In this document: positions 20,108 to 33,951 of the stretch, piece by piece
Position numbering within the stretch: the first letter of the stretch is position 1
Layout: every line of letters begins with the position of its first letter
Source: Escherichia phage vB_EcoM_VR26
Strand: one strand, 5' to 3'
Sequence record: NC_028957.1
Length of the DNA stretch: 64,000 nucleotides
Translations under genes and position numbers: made by a program
The notes under the pieces: model-generated
Seen by the model: the letters and a program-made list of their open reading frames with translations, nothing else
Databases searched by the model: none
What the model was told of the DNA's origin: nothing

Positions 20108-21918
20108 TGAAACAGAATTTAAAAATTGGCAATATGGTTGATGATGGTACTGGTGATTACCTTCGTCTCGGTGGTCAAAAAATAAACAATAACTTTGATG
20201 ACCTTTATTATCAGCTGGGTGACGGTGAAAATCCTCACGCGGCCGGGTCATGGAAAACCTGGACTACGCAAGAAGGCACCGAGTTGTCTGCTGTTATGGG
20301 TCGAAGCTATACCATCGATACATCAGCTGGCGCAGTTCGAGTCGTCCTTCCGAAAGGAACAACTCAAGAATACAATTATGTAATTCGTTTGCGTGATGTG
20401 TTTGCTACATGGCAAATCAACCCAGTGACAATTGTTCCTGCAGTCGGGGATACAATTAAAGGCTCACCGAACCCAGTAGAAATTAAACGCAACTTGGCTG
20501 ACCTCGAACTTGTATATTGTTCACCAGGTCGCTGGGAATATATTGATAATAAACAAGTCGATAAAATTTCAAATAACGACGTTGCCACAGTTGCATCCCA
20601 ACAGTTTATTGCAACTGAAGGTCAAACTGACTTTATCAATGTTTTTGGTGCTATTCCGTATAGTGTATCGAACTTAGAAGTCAAACATCGTGGTAACGAC
20701 TTGTTTTATGGTAAAGACGATATTTTTGACCCGGTGAATGCTGAATTCGGTTCCCCCGGCACAAACCCAGGCGAAATTGTTGCGCTTGACGGTAAAAGTA
20801 TCCGTCTAAAAATGCCATGTGCTGAAGGTGATACGGTTATCATCCGAACATTTAATGATGGTATTGCTCAATGGCGTAGTTCGTATAACCGTCGTGATGT
20901 GCTTGTTCGTAGCCAGGACAGGACTAAAGAAACAACAATTAATGGTTCTTTGATTGTTACAGATTTGGCATCCAAACACACATTTACAATTGAAGAACTT
21001 GGTATTTCTCCAGGTAGCCCAATTAACCCAAACGCATGTCAGGTATTCATTAACAGTATTTTACAACATCAAGCCGGTACTGCAGGAACTCCAGTATTTT
21101 ATTGTGAAGGTGCACAAGGTTCTACTGCTGCGGAATGTAGTGCAAATGGTGGTAGTTGGTCCGAATCAACCCAGGATTATTTGCTACAATTTGATGAGGA
21201 CAACCGTATTGAAGGTATTAGCATTTATCGTGAATTTGAAGACGGTGATATTCTGTCGGTCATTTGGTACAATAACGATATCGGCACAACTATGACCATG
21301 GATGAAATCCGTGATGAGACTGATACTCTTTATGTTTCTCAGGGAAATACATTGAGCCTAACCGGTCGTGTACGTATTACAGATTTTGATAATCCATTTG
21401 CACCGAACGTTGAGCCAGTCGGTCTTCAAGAAGTTGTTCCATCTTCTGTTGGTGCTATCTTTGAATTATTCTACCCTGTTGGTACAATTTACGAAAATAC
21501 GGTTAACCCAAATAACCCGGTTACTTATATGGGGTTTGGTTCATGGAAACGTCTTAAAGAACGCGTAATTGTTGCCTGGTCGGACGACCCTGCCTCAAAC
21601 TTCCATACAAACAATAACGACCTGGATTCTGGTGGTAACCCACAAGCGACGGCAGGCGGCACAGGTGGTAGCGTTGAAGTTCATATTAAAGATATAAATG
21701 TACCTAAACTTGAAACTGATGAGAAAGTTTTGGTTGTTGATGATAATGGTCCAATTGTCGTCGGTGGTTGTCAGGTAGACCCAGATGCACAAGGTCCAGC
21801 TTATACCAAATACAGAGAAGATAAAGCCACCATTAATCAGGCACAAGACCCTCAAGCTCAACCGGTTTATACAATGCCTCCATATTTGATTGCTCATCGC
21901 TGGGTAAGGATTGCTTAA
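20107..21918 (+). CDS. 10: gp10 baseplate wedge protein
   Basis: 603 aa; synteny. Confidence 0.9.
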   Translation: MKQNLKIGNMVDDGTGDYLRLGGQKINNNFDDLYYQLGDGENPHAAGSWKTWTTQEGTELSAVMGRSYTIDTSAGAVRVVLPKGTTQEYNYVIRLRDVFATWQINPVTIVPAVGDTIKGSPNPVEIKRNLADLELVYCSPGRWEYIDNKQVDKISNNDVATVASQQFIATEGQTDFINVFGAIPYSVSNLEVKHRGNDLFYGKDDIFDPVNAEFGSPGTNPGEIVALDGKSIRLKMPCAEGDTVIIRTFNDGIAQWRSSYNRRDVLVRSQDRTKETTINGSLIVTDLASKHTFTIEELGISPGSPINPNACQVFINSILQHQAGTAGTPVFYCEGAQGSTAAECSANGGSWSESTQDYLLQFDEDNRIEGISIYREFEDGDILSVIWYNNDIGTTMTMDEIRDETDTLYVSQGNTLSLTGRVRITDFDNPFAPNVEPVGLQEVVPSSVGAIFELFYPVGTIYENTVNPNNPVTYMGFGSWKRLKERVIVAWSDDPASNFHTNNNDLDSGGNPQATAGGTGGSVEVHIKDINVPKLETDEKVLVVDDNGPIVVGGCQVDPDAQGPAYTKYREDKATINQAQDPQAQPVYTMPPYLIAHRWVRIA

Positions 21919-22583
21919 TGAAAACATTAACGAATAAAAAGGCTGGAGTAATTTCCCGCCATGCTAGTTACTTAGAATTTCAAAATACATCAAAAAATAT
22001 TACGGCTGTGATGGGTCAACGAGCAATCGGCGGCCCATCCGCAACACAGACAACCGAAGGTATTTTTTACCCAACAGTTCAGAGCGCAATAGATGATATT
22101 GCGTTTCGATATGAGCTTCCGGTTGGTAGTGTAATTACTAATACAAATAACCTTTCTCCAGCAGCAATCAGTCAGTCGGATAAAATTAAATTTACCGGGT
22201 CTATTTCTGGTGCCGGGGTCGGTGATACTGTTTTATTTTTCATTTTTGGTATTCCGGTTGAGGTTATTGTTGGGGATTCAGCCGTATTGGTTGCTTCCAA
22301 GGTTAACGATGCTTTGTTGACGGCTGTTGCTGATAGTTTAATCGTGTCAAGCTCTGCAATTGATAGTGTGGACCAGTCTATATTAAATATTACATATAAC
22401 GACTATCAAAACCATAATTTTGCACCTTTCGCTCAATATGGTTGTACGCTTAGCCAGACTATTACACAGCAACCGCGCGGCGGTTATGGTTCCTGGGAAT
22501 ATCTTGGAACTTCAACCCAGACGTTATCCGGCGGCTCAGCAAATGGCACAATTTCACTTTATCATTATAAGCGAGTATCATAA
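21918..22583 (+). CDS. 11: gp11 baseplate wedge, short-tail-fiber attachment
   Basis: 221 aa; synteny. Confidence 0.9.
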   Translation: MKTLTNKKAGVISRHASYLEFQNTSKNITAVMGQRAIGGPSATQTTEGIFYPTVQSAIDDIAFRYELPVGSVITNTNNLSPAAISQSDKIKFTGSISGAGVGDTVLFFIFGIPVEVIVGDSAVLVASKVNDALLTAVADSLIVSSSAIDSVDQSILNITYNDYQNHNFAPFAQYGCTLSQTITQQPRGGYGSWEYLGTSTQTLSGGSANGTISLYHYKRVS

Positions 22584-24133
22584 TGACAATGCCAAACACA
22601 CTAAAACACATTAGCGACAAATCAGAATATAAATCATTCGACCCGGCGGGAACGGCTTTCCCGTCGACTGTTACCAACGTACAAGAGGCTTTAGGGTCTC
22701 TTAATAAAATTGCATTAGATGGATTTATCCCAGCCGCTTCGGAAACGACACCAGGGCTCATCAGACTGGCCACCACGCAAGAAGTTCTTGATGGCATTAG
22801 TCCAGACTCTGCTGTGACTCCAGCGACCTTAAAAGCTCGTTTAGACATCCCTACGCAAGCTACCGAAACTTATGTAGGTATTACCCGTTATGCCACCGAT
22901 GCAGAAGCAATCGCAGGGACCGTAACCGATGCAGCTATTGTTCCATCTTCATTAAAAGCAACAATTGATAATGTTTTTACTGTTCGTGTCGGTACCGAAA
23001 ATAACCTGGGTGTTCTTCGTATTAGCACCGAGGATGCAGCTTTAGCTGGTACAGATGATACAACCGCCATGTCTCCGTTGAAAGTTGCTCTGGCAATTGG
23101 CAAAGCAACCGCAGCGCTTCCGACTTATTCAACTGCCACACAAACTGTTTCCGGTTTAGTGCGAATTGCTACAAATGCTGAAGTACAAGCAGGAACTCTG
23201 GGTGACGGCGTGGCAATTTCTCCGGCTGGTTTAAATGCTCGTACAGCAACACAAGACCGCGCAGGGATTATTCGTCTGGGTAATCAGTCAGAAATCAATA
23301 ACAGTGCTGATGGTGTTGCGGTAACTGGTGCAACTCTTAATGGTCGTGGTGCTACAACCGATATTCGTGGTGTCGTTAGATTAACTACTCAGGCTGGGAT
23401 TGCTCCTGGTGGTGATGGAGCTGGAGCCCTGGCCTGGAACGCAGATGTAATTAACACTCGAGGTGGTCAACGAATTAATGGAAGTCTTTCTTTAGATTAT
23501 ATTTCCACTGGCAATATTGACTCCACTACGGCTCATATGGGCGGTCAATTACTTTCTACACAGCGTTATGCTTCCGAACGTGTTCCTGTCGGAACCGTGA
23601 TGATGTTTGCAGGTGATAGCGCTCCTCCTGGTTGGATTATGTGTCATGGCGGTACTGTTAATGGTGACCAATTCCCTGACTATCGAAATACTGTTGGGGC
23701 TCGTTTTGGTGGTGACTGGAATAACCCTGGCGTTCCTGATATGCGCGGCTTATTCGTTCGTGGCGCAGGTACAGGCGGTCATATTCTGAATAGCCGTGGT
23801 CAAGATGGTTATGGTAAAGACCGTTTGGGTGTTGGTTGTGATGGAATGCATGTTGGTGGTGTTCAGGCACAACAAATGTCATACCATAAACACGCTGGTG
23901 GCTGGGGTGAATATCAACGCAATGAAGCTCCATTTGGTGCGTCAGTTTATCAAGGTTATCTTGGTACCAGAAAATATTCAGACTGGGATAATGCTTCGTA
24001 TTTCACAAATGACGGATTTGAATTAGGTGGTGGTCGTGATTCTCTCGGAACGTTAAACCGTGAAGGCCTTATCGGATATGAAACAAGACCTTGGAATATG
24101 TCTTTAAACTATATTATTAAAGTTCACTATTAA
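22583..24133 (+). CDS. 12: gp12 short tail fiber
   Basis: 516 aa; repetitive N-terminal shaft; synteny. Confidence 0.9.
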   Translation: MTMPNTLKHISDKSEYKSFDPAGTAFPSTVTNVQEALGSLNKIALDGFIPAASETTPGLIRLATTQEVLDGISPDSAVTPATLKARLDIPTQATETYVGITRYATDAEAIAGTVTDAAIVPSSLKATIDNVFTVRVGTENNLGVLRISTEDAALAGTDDTTAMSPLKVALAIGKATAALPTYSTATQTVSGLVRIATNAEVQAGTLGDGVAISPAGLNARTATQDRAGIIRLGNQSEINNSADGVAVTGATLNGRGATTDIRGVVRLTTQAGIAPGGDGAGALAWNADVINTRGGQRINGSLSLDYISTGNIDSTTAHMGGQLLSTQRYASERVPVGTVMMFAGDSAPPGWIMCHGGTVNGDQFPDYRNTVGARFGGDWNNPGVPDMRGLFVRGAGTGGHILNSRGQDGYGKDRLGVGCDGMHVGGVQAQQMSYHKHAGGWGEYQRNEAPFGASVYQGYLGTRKYSDWDNASYFTNDGFELGGGRDSLGTLNREGLIGYETRPWNMSLNYIIKVHY

Positions 24134-24141
24134 GGACCAAA

Positions 24142-26310
24142 ATGATTAATAAACTCAGTCTCAAAGAACTGCCGTATAGCATCGGTATTCCAGACGAAGG
24201 TCAACAGAGAATTCGTTGGATACAAAACGGTGATTGTATGACTGCGGCCAGTACCAAATATGGTCATGATGGTAATTTGAACGCCGCCGCGGTTGGCGTT
24301 CAAACAAACGTAGATACACTCGACGACAACTCAAATACATCTAAAGAAAAAATCAATGAAATTATTGATAACGTCAATAATATCCAGGAAGCTTTGGATA
24401 TAACAACTAACACGGAAGTTGTTAAGCAAATTGAAAAAAACCGTACGGATATTCTTGACCTGGACGAACGTCAATTTAATACCGAATTGCTGTCAAGCGA
24501 AACATCAGAAGGTCTTAAAACGTTAAAGGAAGATGTTGGTGTTTATGACCCATTAACCGATTCATATTATCGCACTGTTCGTAATGACCTTGTATGGATT
24601 AAAAATGAATTAGGTCAGTATGTTGACCAAGATATAAATGGTCTACAGGTTATTGGTAATCCATCAAGAGGCATGAAACGTCGCATCATCGATAACAGTT
24701 CGGCTATTGTTGCTCATGGAGTTCGTATTAAGACTCTTGAGGATAATTACCATGATTCTGATGTTGGTTCTCTTAACGTAAAAGTAATTAAAATTCGCGA
24801 AGAATTGGGTGAGTCGACTTTAGCAGTAGGTAAACCAGCTGTATTTGTTCGACTGAATACTCTTGACGACAAAGTAGTCGAAATTGACAAAGATATTGCC
24901 AATATTCAAGAAGATATCGGTTTTGGCACCGGGCTTGCAATTACAACTCGCGTTGAAAATCTTGGTGGACGTGTTTCGGTCAATGAAACAGATATTGCGA
25001 ATATCAAACCAAGACTCACTAAGGTTGAAGCTGATATCGGCACCGCTCTGGAACCATTAACAATTAATGGTCGAATCAGTGCTTTGCGCTCGGATGTTAA
25101 TGGATTGCAGGCTGTTGTTGGTCAGGATTCAAGTTCAGGTTTGCGCGGAACCACTGCATGGCTTTCTCAGAGAATCGGTACAGAGCAATCTCCGGAGCCA
25201 AACACCATCACGTATAAGTTGAATGCAACCACTGCGCTGGCTAATGAAACTGTATCAGGTCTCCAGGATGTGCAGGCTGAAATTGGTACAAATAGCACTG
25301 GTATGAAAGGTTCTATTTTGACTTTAACTAGCCAGATGAACGGGACTAACCCTAACGGTGCTACTGTGGCTGAACGTGGTGTTCTTCCAGTCGTAATTAA
25401 CTTGGATATGTTGATGGCATCCAAGCTGAACGATGCACCGTTGGACAACAAGTTATACGGCCGCAAGCAAGGTGCCTGGTCTGAAATTATCGATTCCACA
25501 ACCGAAGTTGATGCAGTTAAAGCTTCATTGGTAACAACTGATGGACGCGTAACAACATTAACTGGTCGTGTCGATGATAATGATACAACAATCAGTTCGT
25601 TAGATACTCGTTATGGTGCATTGAACACTTCCGTTACGAATGTTAAGGCAGATGTTCTCGCTCTGCAAAATAAAGATACGGAACAAGATGGTCGAATTAC
25701 TGCATTAGAAACGAAGGATACGACTGTTGATGGTAAAATAACCGCATTGGAAACTAAAACATCTACGACCGATGATGATGTCACTGCTTTAGCTTTAGAC
25801 GTTAGCAATGTTGAAGGTGAGCTGGTTACCATTAAAGCAAATATCGAAACAAACAAAGGCGGTTTGGTAACCTTGACCGGTCGAATGACTTCGGCGGAAG
25901 GGGAAATCACTGCAATTAAACTCGATACTGCAAAAATTACACCGTTAACTGCTCGTGTTTCATCAAGTGAAAACGAAATCACTGCAATTAAACTCGATAC
26001 TGCAAAAATTGCGCCGCTAGACGAAAGAGTTACAACAGCTGAAGATGAAATCAATACGATTAAAATCGATACTGCAAAAATTGCACCGTTAACTACTCGT
26101 GTGACAACTCTTGAAGGTACAGTAACTCCGCTCCCTGGTCGCCTGGATGCAGCCGAGACGAAGATAACTACTTTAGAAGGTAAAGTATCAGCCTTAGAAA
26201 CGGAGCTCGCCAAAAGGCCTCCTGTCGCTCCTGTGGCTGATGGTCTCCCTTACGTGCTTGTTGATAATGCATGGGTTCTTTTGTCTACATTCGTGACTGT
26301 TGGACCATAA
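24142..26310 (+). CDS. wac: fibritin (wac) neck whisker, extended coiled coil
   Basis: 722 aa (T4 wac about 487 as recalled); heptad-rich coiled coil; C-terminal foldon-like ...AWVLLSTFV. Confidence 0.85.
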   Translation: MINKLSLKELPYSIGIPDEGQQRIRWIQNGDCMTAASTKYGHDGNLNAAAVGVQTNVDTLDDNSNTSKEKINEIIDNVNNIQEALDITTNTEVVKQIEKNRTDILDLDERQFNTELLSSETSEGLKTLKEDVGVYDPLTDSYYRTVRNDLVWIKNELGQYVDQDINGLQVIGNPSRGMKRRIIDNSSAIVAHGVRIKTLEDNYHDSDVGSLNVKVIKIREELGESTLAVGKPAVFVRLNTLDDKVVEIDKDIANIQEDIGFGTGLAITTRVENLGGRVSVNETDIANIKPRLTKVEADIGTALEPLTINGRISALRSDVNGLQAVVGQDSSSGLRGTTAWLSQRIGTEQSPEPNTITYKLNATTALANETVSGLQDVQAEIGTNSTGMKGSILTLTSQMNGTNPNGATVAERGVLPVVINLDMLMASKLNDAPLDNKLYGRKQGAWSEIIDSTTEVDAVKASLVTTDGRVTTLTGRVDDNDTTISSLDTRYGALNTSVTNVKADVLALQNKDTEQDGRITALETKDTTVDGKITALETKTSTTDDDVTALALDVSNVEGELVTIKANIETNKGGLVTLTGRMTSAEGEITAIKLDTAKITPLTARVSSSENEITAIKLDTAKIAPLDERVTTAEDEINTIKIDTAKIAPLTTRVTTLEGTVTPLPGRLDAAETKITTLEGKVSALETELAKRPPVAPVADGLPYVLVDNAWVLLSTFVTVGP
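25903..26118 (+). repeat. three tandem 72-bp repeats inside wac
   Basis: Units at 25903, 25975 and 26047 all begin GAAATCA...; the first 36 nt of units 1 and 2 are identical; each encodes EIT/NAIKLDTAKIAPL. Confidence 0.8.
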
Positions 26311-26311
26311 C

Positions 26312-26334
26312 AAAAGGGCTTCGGCCCTTTTTTC
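26312..26334 (+). terminator. rho-independent terminator after wac
   Basis: AAAGGGC TTCG GCCCTTT followed by TTT. Confidence 0.7.
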
Positions 26335-26335
26335 G

Positions 26336-26343
26336 TATAAATA
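26336..26343 (+). promoter_or_regulatory. late promoter TATAAATA for gene 13
   Basis: Exact TATAAATA about 19 nt upstream of the gene 13 ATG. Confidence 0.65.
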
Positions 26344-26361
26344 CAGTAAAGAGGAAAACAT

Positions 26362-27300
26362 ATGGCAACTGAATCATACAACCCGAAACAATTAAAAGAT
26401 GCAATCCTTCGTCGTCTTGGTGCTCCAATCACGAATATCGAAGTTACGACCGACCAAGTCTATGATTGCATCCAGCGTGCATTAGAATTATACGGTGAAT
26501 ATCATTATAATGGATATAACAAAGGTTATCAGGCTTTTTATATCGGTCATGATGAAGTTTCACAACAGAAATTCCGCGATGGTGTTTTCGATTTAAAAGG
26601 ACGTAATATTTTTGCAGTAACGCAGATTATTCGTACTAACGTCGGTTCATTAACTTCAATGGACGGACAAGCCACATATCCATGGTTTACAGATTTCGTT
26701 CTGGGCCTTGCCGGGATTAACGGTGGGATGGGTAGCTCGTGTAATAGCTTTGGTCCAAATGCTTTTGGTGCAGACCTTGGTTATTTTACACAGCTTATGC
26801 AATATCGTTCAATGATGCAAGACCTGATGGTTCCGCTTCCGGATTACTGGTATAACGATGATACCGAACAACTTAAAATTATGGGCAACTTCCGTCAGGG
26901 GGATGTGATTGTAATTGAAGTTTATACCAAATCGTATAACGGTGTGGATTCAATGGTTGGCAATACAGCTGGTTATGGTTTTGCCTCGGCTGATTGTGAT
27001 AATCCGTGGAATGCCGGTGCACAGTGGGATAACCCGGCGCGCAGAATAAGCGGTATGAGAGCTGGTGAGGACCTTGGACTTCAAGATGGTGCATACAACA
27101 ACCGTTGGGTGAAAGACTATGCCACGGCGCTTGTTAAGGAAGTTAACGGCAACGTATTGGCTAAACACCAAGGGATGATGATGCCAGGTGGAGTTACGGT
27201 CGATGGTGTTCGTTTAATCGAAGAAGCTCGTATGGAAAAAGAACGTCTCCGCGAAGAACTTGACCTGCTGGATGCACCGACTCCTATATTGGTGGGCTAA
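26362..27300 (+). CDS. 13: gp13 neck protein
   Basis: 312 aa; synteny. Confidence 0.9.
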   Translation: MATESYNPKQLKDAILRRLGAPITNIEVTTDQVYDCIQRALELYGEYHYNGYNKGYQAFYIGHDEVSQQKFRDGVFDLKGRNIFAVTQIIRTNVGSLTSMDGQATYPWFTDFVLGLAGINGGMGSSCNSFGPNAFGADLGYFTQLMQYRSMMQDLMVPLPDYWYNDDTEQLKIMGNFRQGDVIVIEVYTKSYNGVDSMVGNTAGYGFASADCDNPWNAGAQWDNPARRISGMRAGEDLGLQDGAYNNRWVKDYATALVKEVNGNVLAKHQGMMMPGGVTVDGVRLIEEARMEKERLREELDLLDAPTPILVG

Positions 27301-27935
27301 TGGCTACATATTATAGACTTTATGTGTCGACATTTGAAACATCTAATGGGGTAATGGTGTATGGCGGTAAACGTCATTCACCATATGAAGATTTTAAAGC
27401 AGATAGTTATTTTGGGTCGGGTACTATTGTTAAACGAGCTAAACAAAAATATGGAAGAAAATGTTTAGTCGATATTACCTGGTCTAAACCTTTTGAATCC
27501 CCTGCTCTATTAAAGGAAGCCGAGGCTTTACTAGTCAGTGAACTTTTAGAAAGTTTTGATAATTGTGCAAATTTACACCCAACAGGGGGAGGTGGCCCGG
27601 AAGGTTATAGTCGTCCAGAAGATTCCCCTGCTTTTGGTAAAAAGAGAACAGCAGAATCAAGAAAACGAATGTCGGAAGCCGCAAAACAAAGGGAATGGTC
27701 CGAAGAGGGATTAAAACGTCGTAAAGAGGCAACAGCTCGAATGTGGATTGATTTTAAGGACCGACATCCTGATTTTTCTGATGATAAAAATCCGGCCGCA
27801 CGTAAAATTATTACCGGCGACCTAGAATTTTGTACCGGAAGAAAATGTGCAGAATATTATTCGATAACTCCGGCTGCAGTCATTTACAGATGTAAAAGTA
27901 CAGCCGAAAAATGGAAATTATGGAATTATGCGTAA
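27300..27935 (+). CDS. Seg-like GIY-YIG homing endonuclease, degenerate motif
   Basis: YRLYV...[26 protein letters not shown] and NUMOD3-like [13 protein letters not shown] parallel the 12426 ORF; inserted between 13 and 14. Confidence 0.65.
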   Translation: MATYYRLYVSTFETSNGVMVYGGKRHSPYEDFKADSYFGSGTIVKRAKQKYGRKCLVDITWSKPFESPALLKEAEALLVSELLESFDNCANLHPTGGGGPEGYSRPEDSPAFGKKRTAESRKRMSEAAKQREWSEEGLKRRKEATARMWIDFKDRHPDFSDDKNPAARKIITGDLEFCTGRKCAEYYSITPAAVIYRCKSTAEKWKLWNYA

Positions 27936-28716
27936 TTCTTATGATGCAAGCTTATTCGCCCGACTTGAAGATGGAACCGGGTATGACAATACAAACTCGT
28001 CAGAGATACTCAACCAATATGTAAACTTTATGCATCATGAAAATACCCAGACTTTAGCCGATGTTATTGTTGCTGAAAGTATTCAGATGCGCGGAATGTC
28101 TCTCTATTACATCCCAAGACAATTCGTTAAACCAGATTTGTTATTCGGCGAAGACCTCCAGAGCAAATTTGATAAAGCATGGAAATTTGCTGGTTATCTG
28201 GATACATTCGATGCATATCAGGGTGATGGTTCCATCTTCAGTAAATTTGGTATGACTGTGAATGATGAAATCACAGTGTCGATTAACCCTAATCTGTTTA
28301 AACATCAATGTAATGGAACCGAACCTATTGCCGGGGATTTGATTTATTTCCCTCTCGATAACAGTCTGTTCGAAATAACCTGGGTACAGCCTTATGACCC
28401 ATTCTATCAGGTAGGTCAAAACGCCATCCGTAAAATCACCGCGAGCAAATACATTTACTCCGGAGAAGAGCTTAAACCTGAATTGCAACGAAATGAAGGT
28501 ATTAATATTCCAGAATTCAGTGAGCTCGATTTGCAACCAATCCACAATATCGATGGCCTTACAGATATCAGTGATATCCCTTATGCAGAATCTGATGAGA
28601 TTAACGCAGAAGCAGCTGAATATGTTAAACCATATTTTGTGCAGAATGGTCGTGGGATTGAGTCTCCTCCTAAGGCAAAACAGGATAGCTTTGACGACAG
28701 TTTCTTTGATGAATAA
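27928..28716 (+). CDS. 14: gp14 neck protein
   Basis: 262 aa; synteny. Confidence 0.9.
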   Translation: MRNSYDASLFARLEDGTGYDNTNSSEILNQYVNFMHHENTQTLADVIVAESIQMRGMSLYYIPRQFVKPDLLFGEDLQSKFDKAWKFAGYLDTFDAYQGDGSIFSKFGMTVNDEITVSINPNLFKHQCNGTEPIAGDLIYFPLDNSLFEITWVQPYDPFYQVGQNAIRKITASKYIYSGEELKPELQRNEGINIPEFSELDLQPIHNIDGLTDISDIPYAESDEINAEAAEYVKPYFVQNGRGIESPPKAKQDSFDDSFFDE

Positions 28717-28759
28717 ATACATTTATTAATGCGCCCGAACTGGGCGCCTGGAGGTTACT

Positions 28760-29631
28760 TTGTTTGGGCATTTTTATAATTCGTCTCTGCGTCGCTATAT
28801 CGTTTTAATGGGCGATTTATTTTCCCATGTACAAGTGGCCAGAACCAGAGAAGACACTGGACTTAAATATATTAAGGTCCCTATTTCTTATGCTTCAAAA
28901 GAAAAATTCATGATGCAGCTTGGAAAATGGACCGCTATTCAGAATACACCGACTCCTGACATGACACCGCAAGAACGTGCTGCTCAGAAGGCTAAAATCG
29001 AGACCGTACTGCCCCGTATGAACTTACATCTTGTTGACTTGATGTATAACGGGCAATATAAAACGGCTCTCCAGAATCACACACAGGCGCGATTTGCTAA
29101 TAACGACCCTCGCAAGCAGATATCTCAATATTCTCCTGTACCGGTCAAAATGATTTTTGAGCTTGGGATATATACAAGGCATCAAGATGATATGTTCCAG
29201 ATTATCGAACAAATCATGCCTTACTTCCAACCGCATTTTAATACAACTATCACTGAACTTTACACGAATGAAATTACATTCGAACGTGATATAAGAATCG
29301 TGCTTCAGTCCATTGCTATGGATGAGCAAATTGAAGGTGATGCAATGACTCGTCGTAGACTCGAATGGTCCATTATGTTCGAAGTCAACGGCTGGTTATA
29401 TCCACCGGTTAAAGAAGTGGCCGGAGAAATCCGTACTATCTATCTTGACTTCTTTGCAAATTCCAGAGAGCTTGCGCCGGAAGGTAATTTCGAATCTGTT
29501 GACTCGGAAGCCGTTCCGCGAGACGTTGACCAAGAAGACTGGCAAGGTGAATCCATTCAAACATATTCGCAGGATATTCCTGTACCGGTTGACCCGGTAC
29601 CCCCAGCACCGCGACAAAATAAGGTACCATT

Positions 29632-29635
<4 letters not shown>
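28760..29635 (+). CDS. 15: gp15 tail sheath stabiliser / tail completion
   Basis: Conserved N-terminus MFGHFYNSS begins at a TTG codon with GGAGG SD 5 nt upstream; no in-frame ATG before it. Confidence 0.8.
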
Positions 29636-31942
<2,307 letters not shown>

Positions 31943-31971
31943 AAGTAAAGCAAACTATTAGAGGACTCAAA

Positions 31972-33951
31972 ATGGCTTTATTATCCCCGGGCATTGAGCT
32001 CAAAGAAACAACGGTCCAAAGCACTGTTGTTCGTAACGCGACGGGTCGTGCGGCGCTGGTTGGTAAATTCCAGTGGGGCCCAGCTTTCCAGGTAACTCAG
32101 ATTACAAACGAAGTTGAACTTGTTGATTTGTTTGGTGGTCCGAATAATGAAACAGCAGATTACTTTATGAGTGGGATGAACTTCCTGCAATATGGTAACG
32201 ACCTTCGTACTGTACGTGTTGTTAACCGCGACGAAGCTAAAAACGCATCCCCTGTTGCCGGCAATATTGAAACTACCATCGTTACTGCGGGTACAAACTA
32301 TGCTGTTGGTGATGTTATCCAGGTTAAGCATAACCAGACGGTCGTTGAACCAGCTGGGCGTGTGACCAAGGTTGATGTTGATGGTAAAATTCTGGCAATC
32401 TTTATTCCTACCAATAAGATTATTGCATTTGCTAAAACTATTAATCAGTATCCTAATTTGGGTAGTGCGTGGACTGCAGAAGTTACGACCACTTCTTCTG
32501 GTGTATCCGGTACAATCACTGTAGGTAAAATTGTTACCGATTCAGGTATTCTGTTGACCGAAGCAGAAAACAGTGAAGAAGCAATTACTTCTCTGGAATT
32601 CCAGGCATCTTTAGCCAAATATGCAATGCCAGGTGTTGTTGCTCTTTATCCTGGTGAAATTGGTTCGACTCTTGAAGTTGAAATCGTATCTAAAGCTGAA
32701 TTCGAAAAAGGTGCAACTACAAATCTGGATATTTTCCCTGGTGGCGGTACGCGTGCTTCTGTAGCTCGTGCAGTGTTTAACTATGGTCCTCAGTCCGAAA
32801 ACCAATATGCAATTATCGTTCGCCGTGATGGTGCAATCGTCGAAAACGTTGTTCTATCTACTAAGCAGGGCGAAAAAGATGTTTACGGTAATAATATTTA
32901 CCTGGATGACTACTTTGCAAAAGGTACTTCCAACTACATCTATGCAACATCTCGTAACTGGCCTGTAGGCTTCAGTGGTATTATCAATCTGTCGGGTGGT
33001 ATTTCTGCAAACGATAAGATTACTGCTGGTGATTTGATGCAAGGTTGGGACCTGTTCGCTGACCGCGAAGCTCTGCATATTAACTTGCTTATCGCTGGCG
33101 CGGTCGCTGGTGAAGGTGATGCAACTGCTTCCACTGTTCAGAAGCACGTAGTTTCTATTGCTGACGAACGTCAGGATTGTCTGGCATTCATTTCTCCTCC
33201 GAAAGGGTTGTTGGTTAACGTTCCTCTGACCCGTGCAGTGGATAACCTGATTGACTGGCGTACAGGTGGTGGTACATTCGATACTGATAACATGAATATC
33301 AGCACGACTTATGCAGCGATTGATGGCAACTATAAATATCAGTATGATAAATATAACGACGTTAACCGTTGGGTTCCTCTGGCAGCTGATATGGCTGGTC
33401 TGTGTGCTCGTACTGATGATGTTTCTCAGCCTTGGATGTCTCCGGCTGGTTATAACCGTGGTCAGATTTTGAACGTTCTGAAATTGGCTGTTGAGCCTCG
33501 TCAGACCCAGCGTGACCGCATGTATCAAGAAGCTATCAACCCGGTTGTTGGTTTCGCAGGTGGTGATGGTTTTGTTCTGTATGGTGATAAGACTGCAACT
33601 AAAGTTCCATCTCCGATGGACCATATTAACGTTCGCCGTCTTACGAATATGCTGAAGAAAAATATCGGTGACGCATCCAAATATAAACTGTTTGAGCTTA
33701 ACGATAACTTCACTCGTGCATCATTCCGTATGGAAACTTCTCAATACTTGGATGGTATTCGCGCGCTTGGTGGCATTTATGAAGGTCGTGTGGTTTGTGA
33801 TACTACTAACAACACCCCGTCGGTCATAGACCGAAATGAGTTTGTTGCTAGCATATATTATAAGCCTGCAAGGTCGATAAATTATATCGTGCTTAATTTC
33901 GTAGCAACAAGTACGGGCGCTGATTTTGATGAGTTGATTGGGGTGCAATAA
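31972..33951 (+). CDS. 18: gp18 contractile tail sheath
   Basis: 659 aa, same length as T4 gp18. Confidence 0.95.
   Translation: MALLSPGIELKETTVQSTVVRNATGRAALVGKFQWGPAFQVTQITNEVELVDLFGGPNNETADYFMSGMNFLQYGNDLRTVRVVNRDEAKNASPVAGNIETTIVTAGTNYAVGDVIQVKHNQTVVEPAGRVTKVDVDGKILAIFIPTNKIIAFAKTINQYPNLGSAWTAEVTTTSSGVSGTITVGKIVTDSGILLTEAENSEEAITSLEFQASLAKYAMPGVVALYPGEIGSTLEVEIVSKAEFEKGATTNLDIFPGGGTRASVARAVFNYGPQSENQYAIIVRRDGAIVENVVLSTKQGEKDVYGNNIYLDDYFAKGTSNYIYATSRNWPVGFSGIINLSGGISANDKITAGDLMQGWDLFADREALHINLLIAGAVAGEGDATASTVQKHVVSIADERQDCLAFISPPKGLLVNVPLTRAVDNLIDWRTGGGTFDTDNMNISTTYAAIDGNYKYQYDKYNDVNRWVPLAADMAGLCARTDDVSQPWMSPAGYNRGQILNVLKLAVEPRQTQRDRMYQEAINPVVGFAGGDGFVLYGDKTATKVPSPMDHINVRRLTNMLKKNIGDASKYKLFELNDNFTRASFRMETSQYLDGIRALGGIYEGRVVCDTTNNTPSVIDRNEFVASIYYKPARSINYIVLNFVATSTGADFDELIGVQ

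Noticed and set aside
25611-26213. 200-aa reverse-strand ORF inside wac
   Set aside because: Antisense to the repetitive fibritin coding region; Ser/Val low-complexity translation
32854-33624. 256-aa reverse-strand ORF inside gene 18
   Set aside because: Antisense to the strongly supported sheath gene, Cys/Arg/Thr-rich low-complexity translation, no SD
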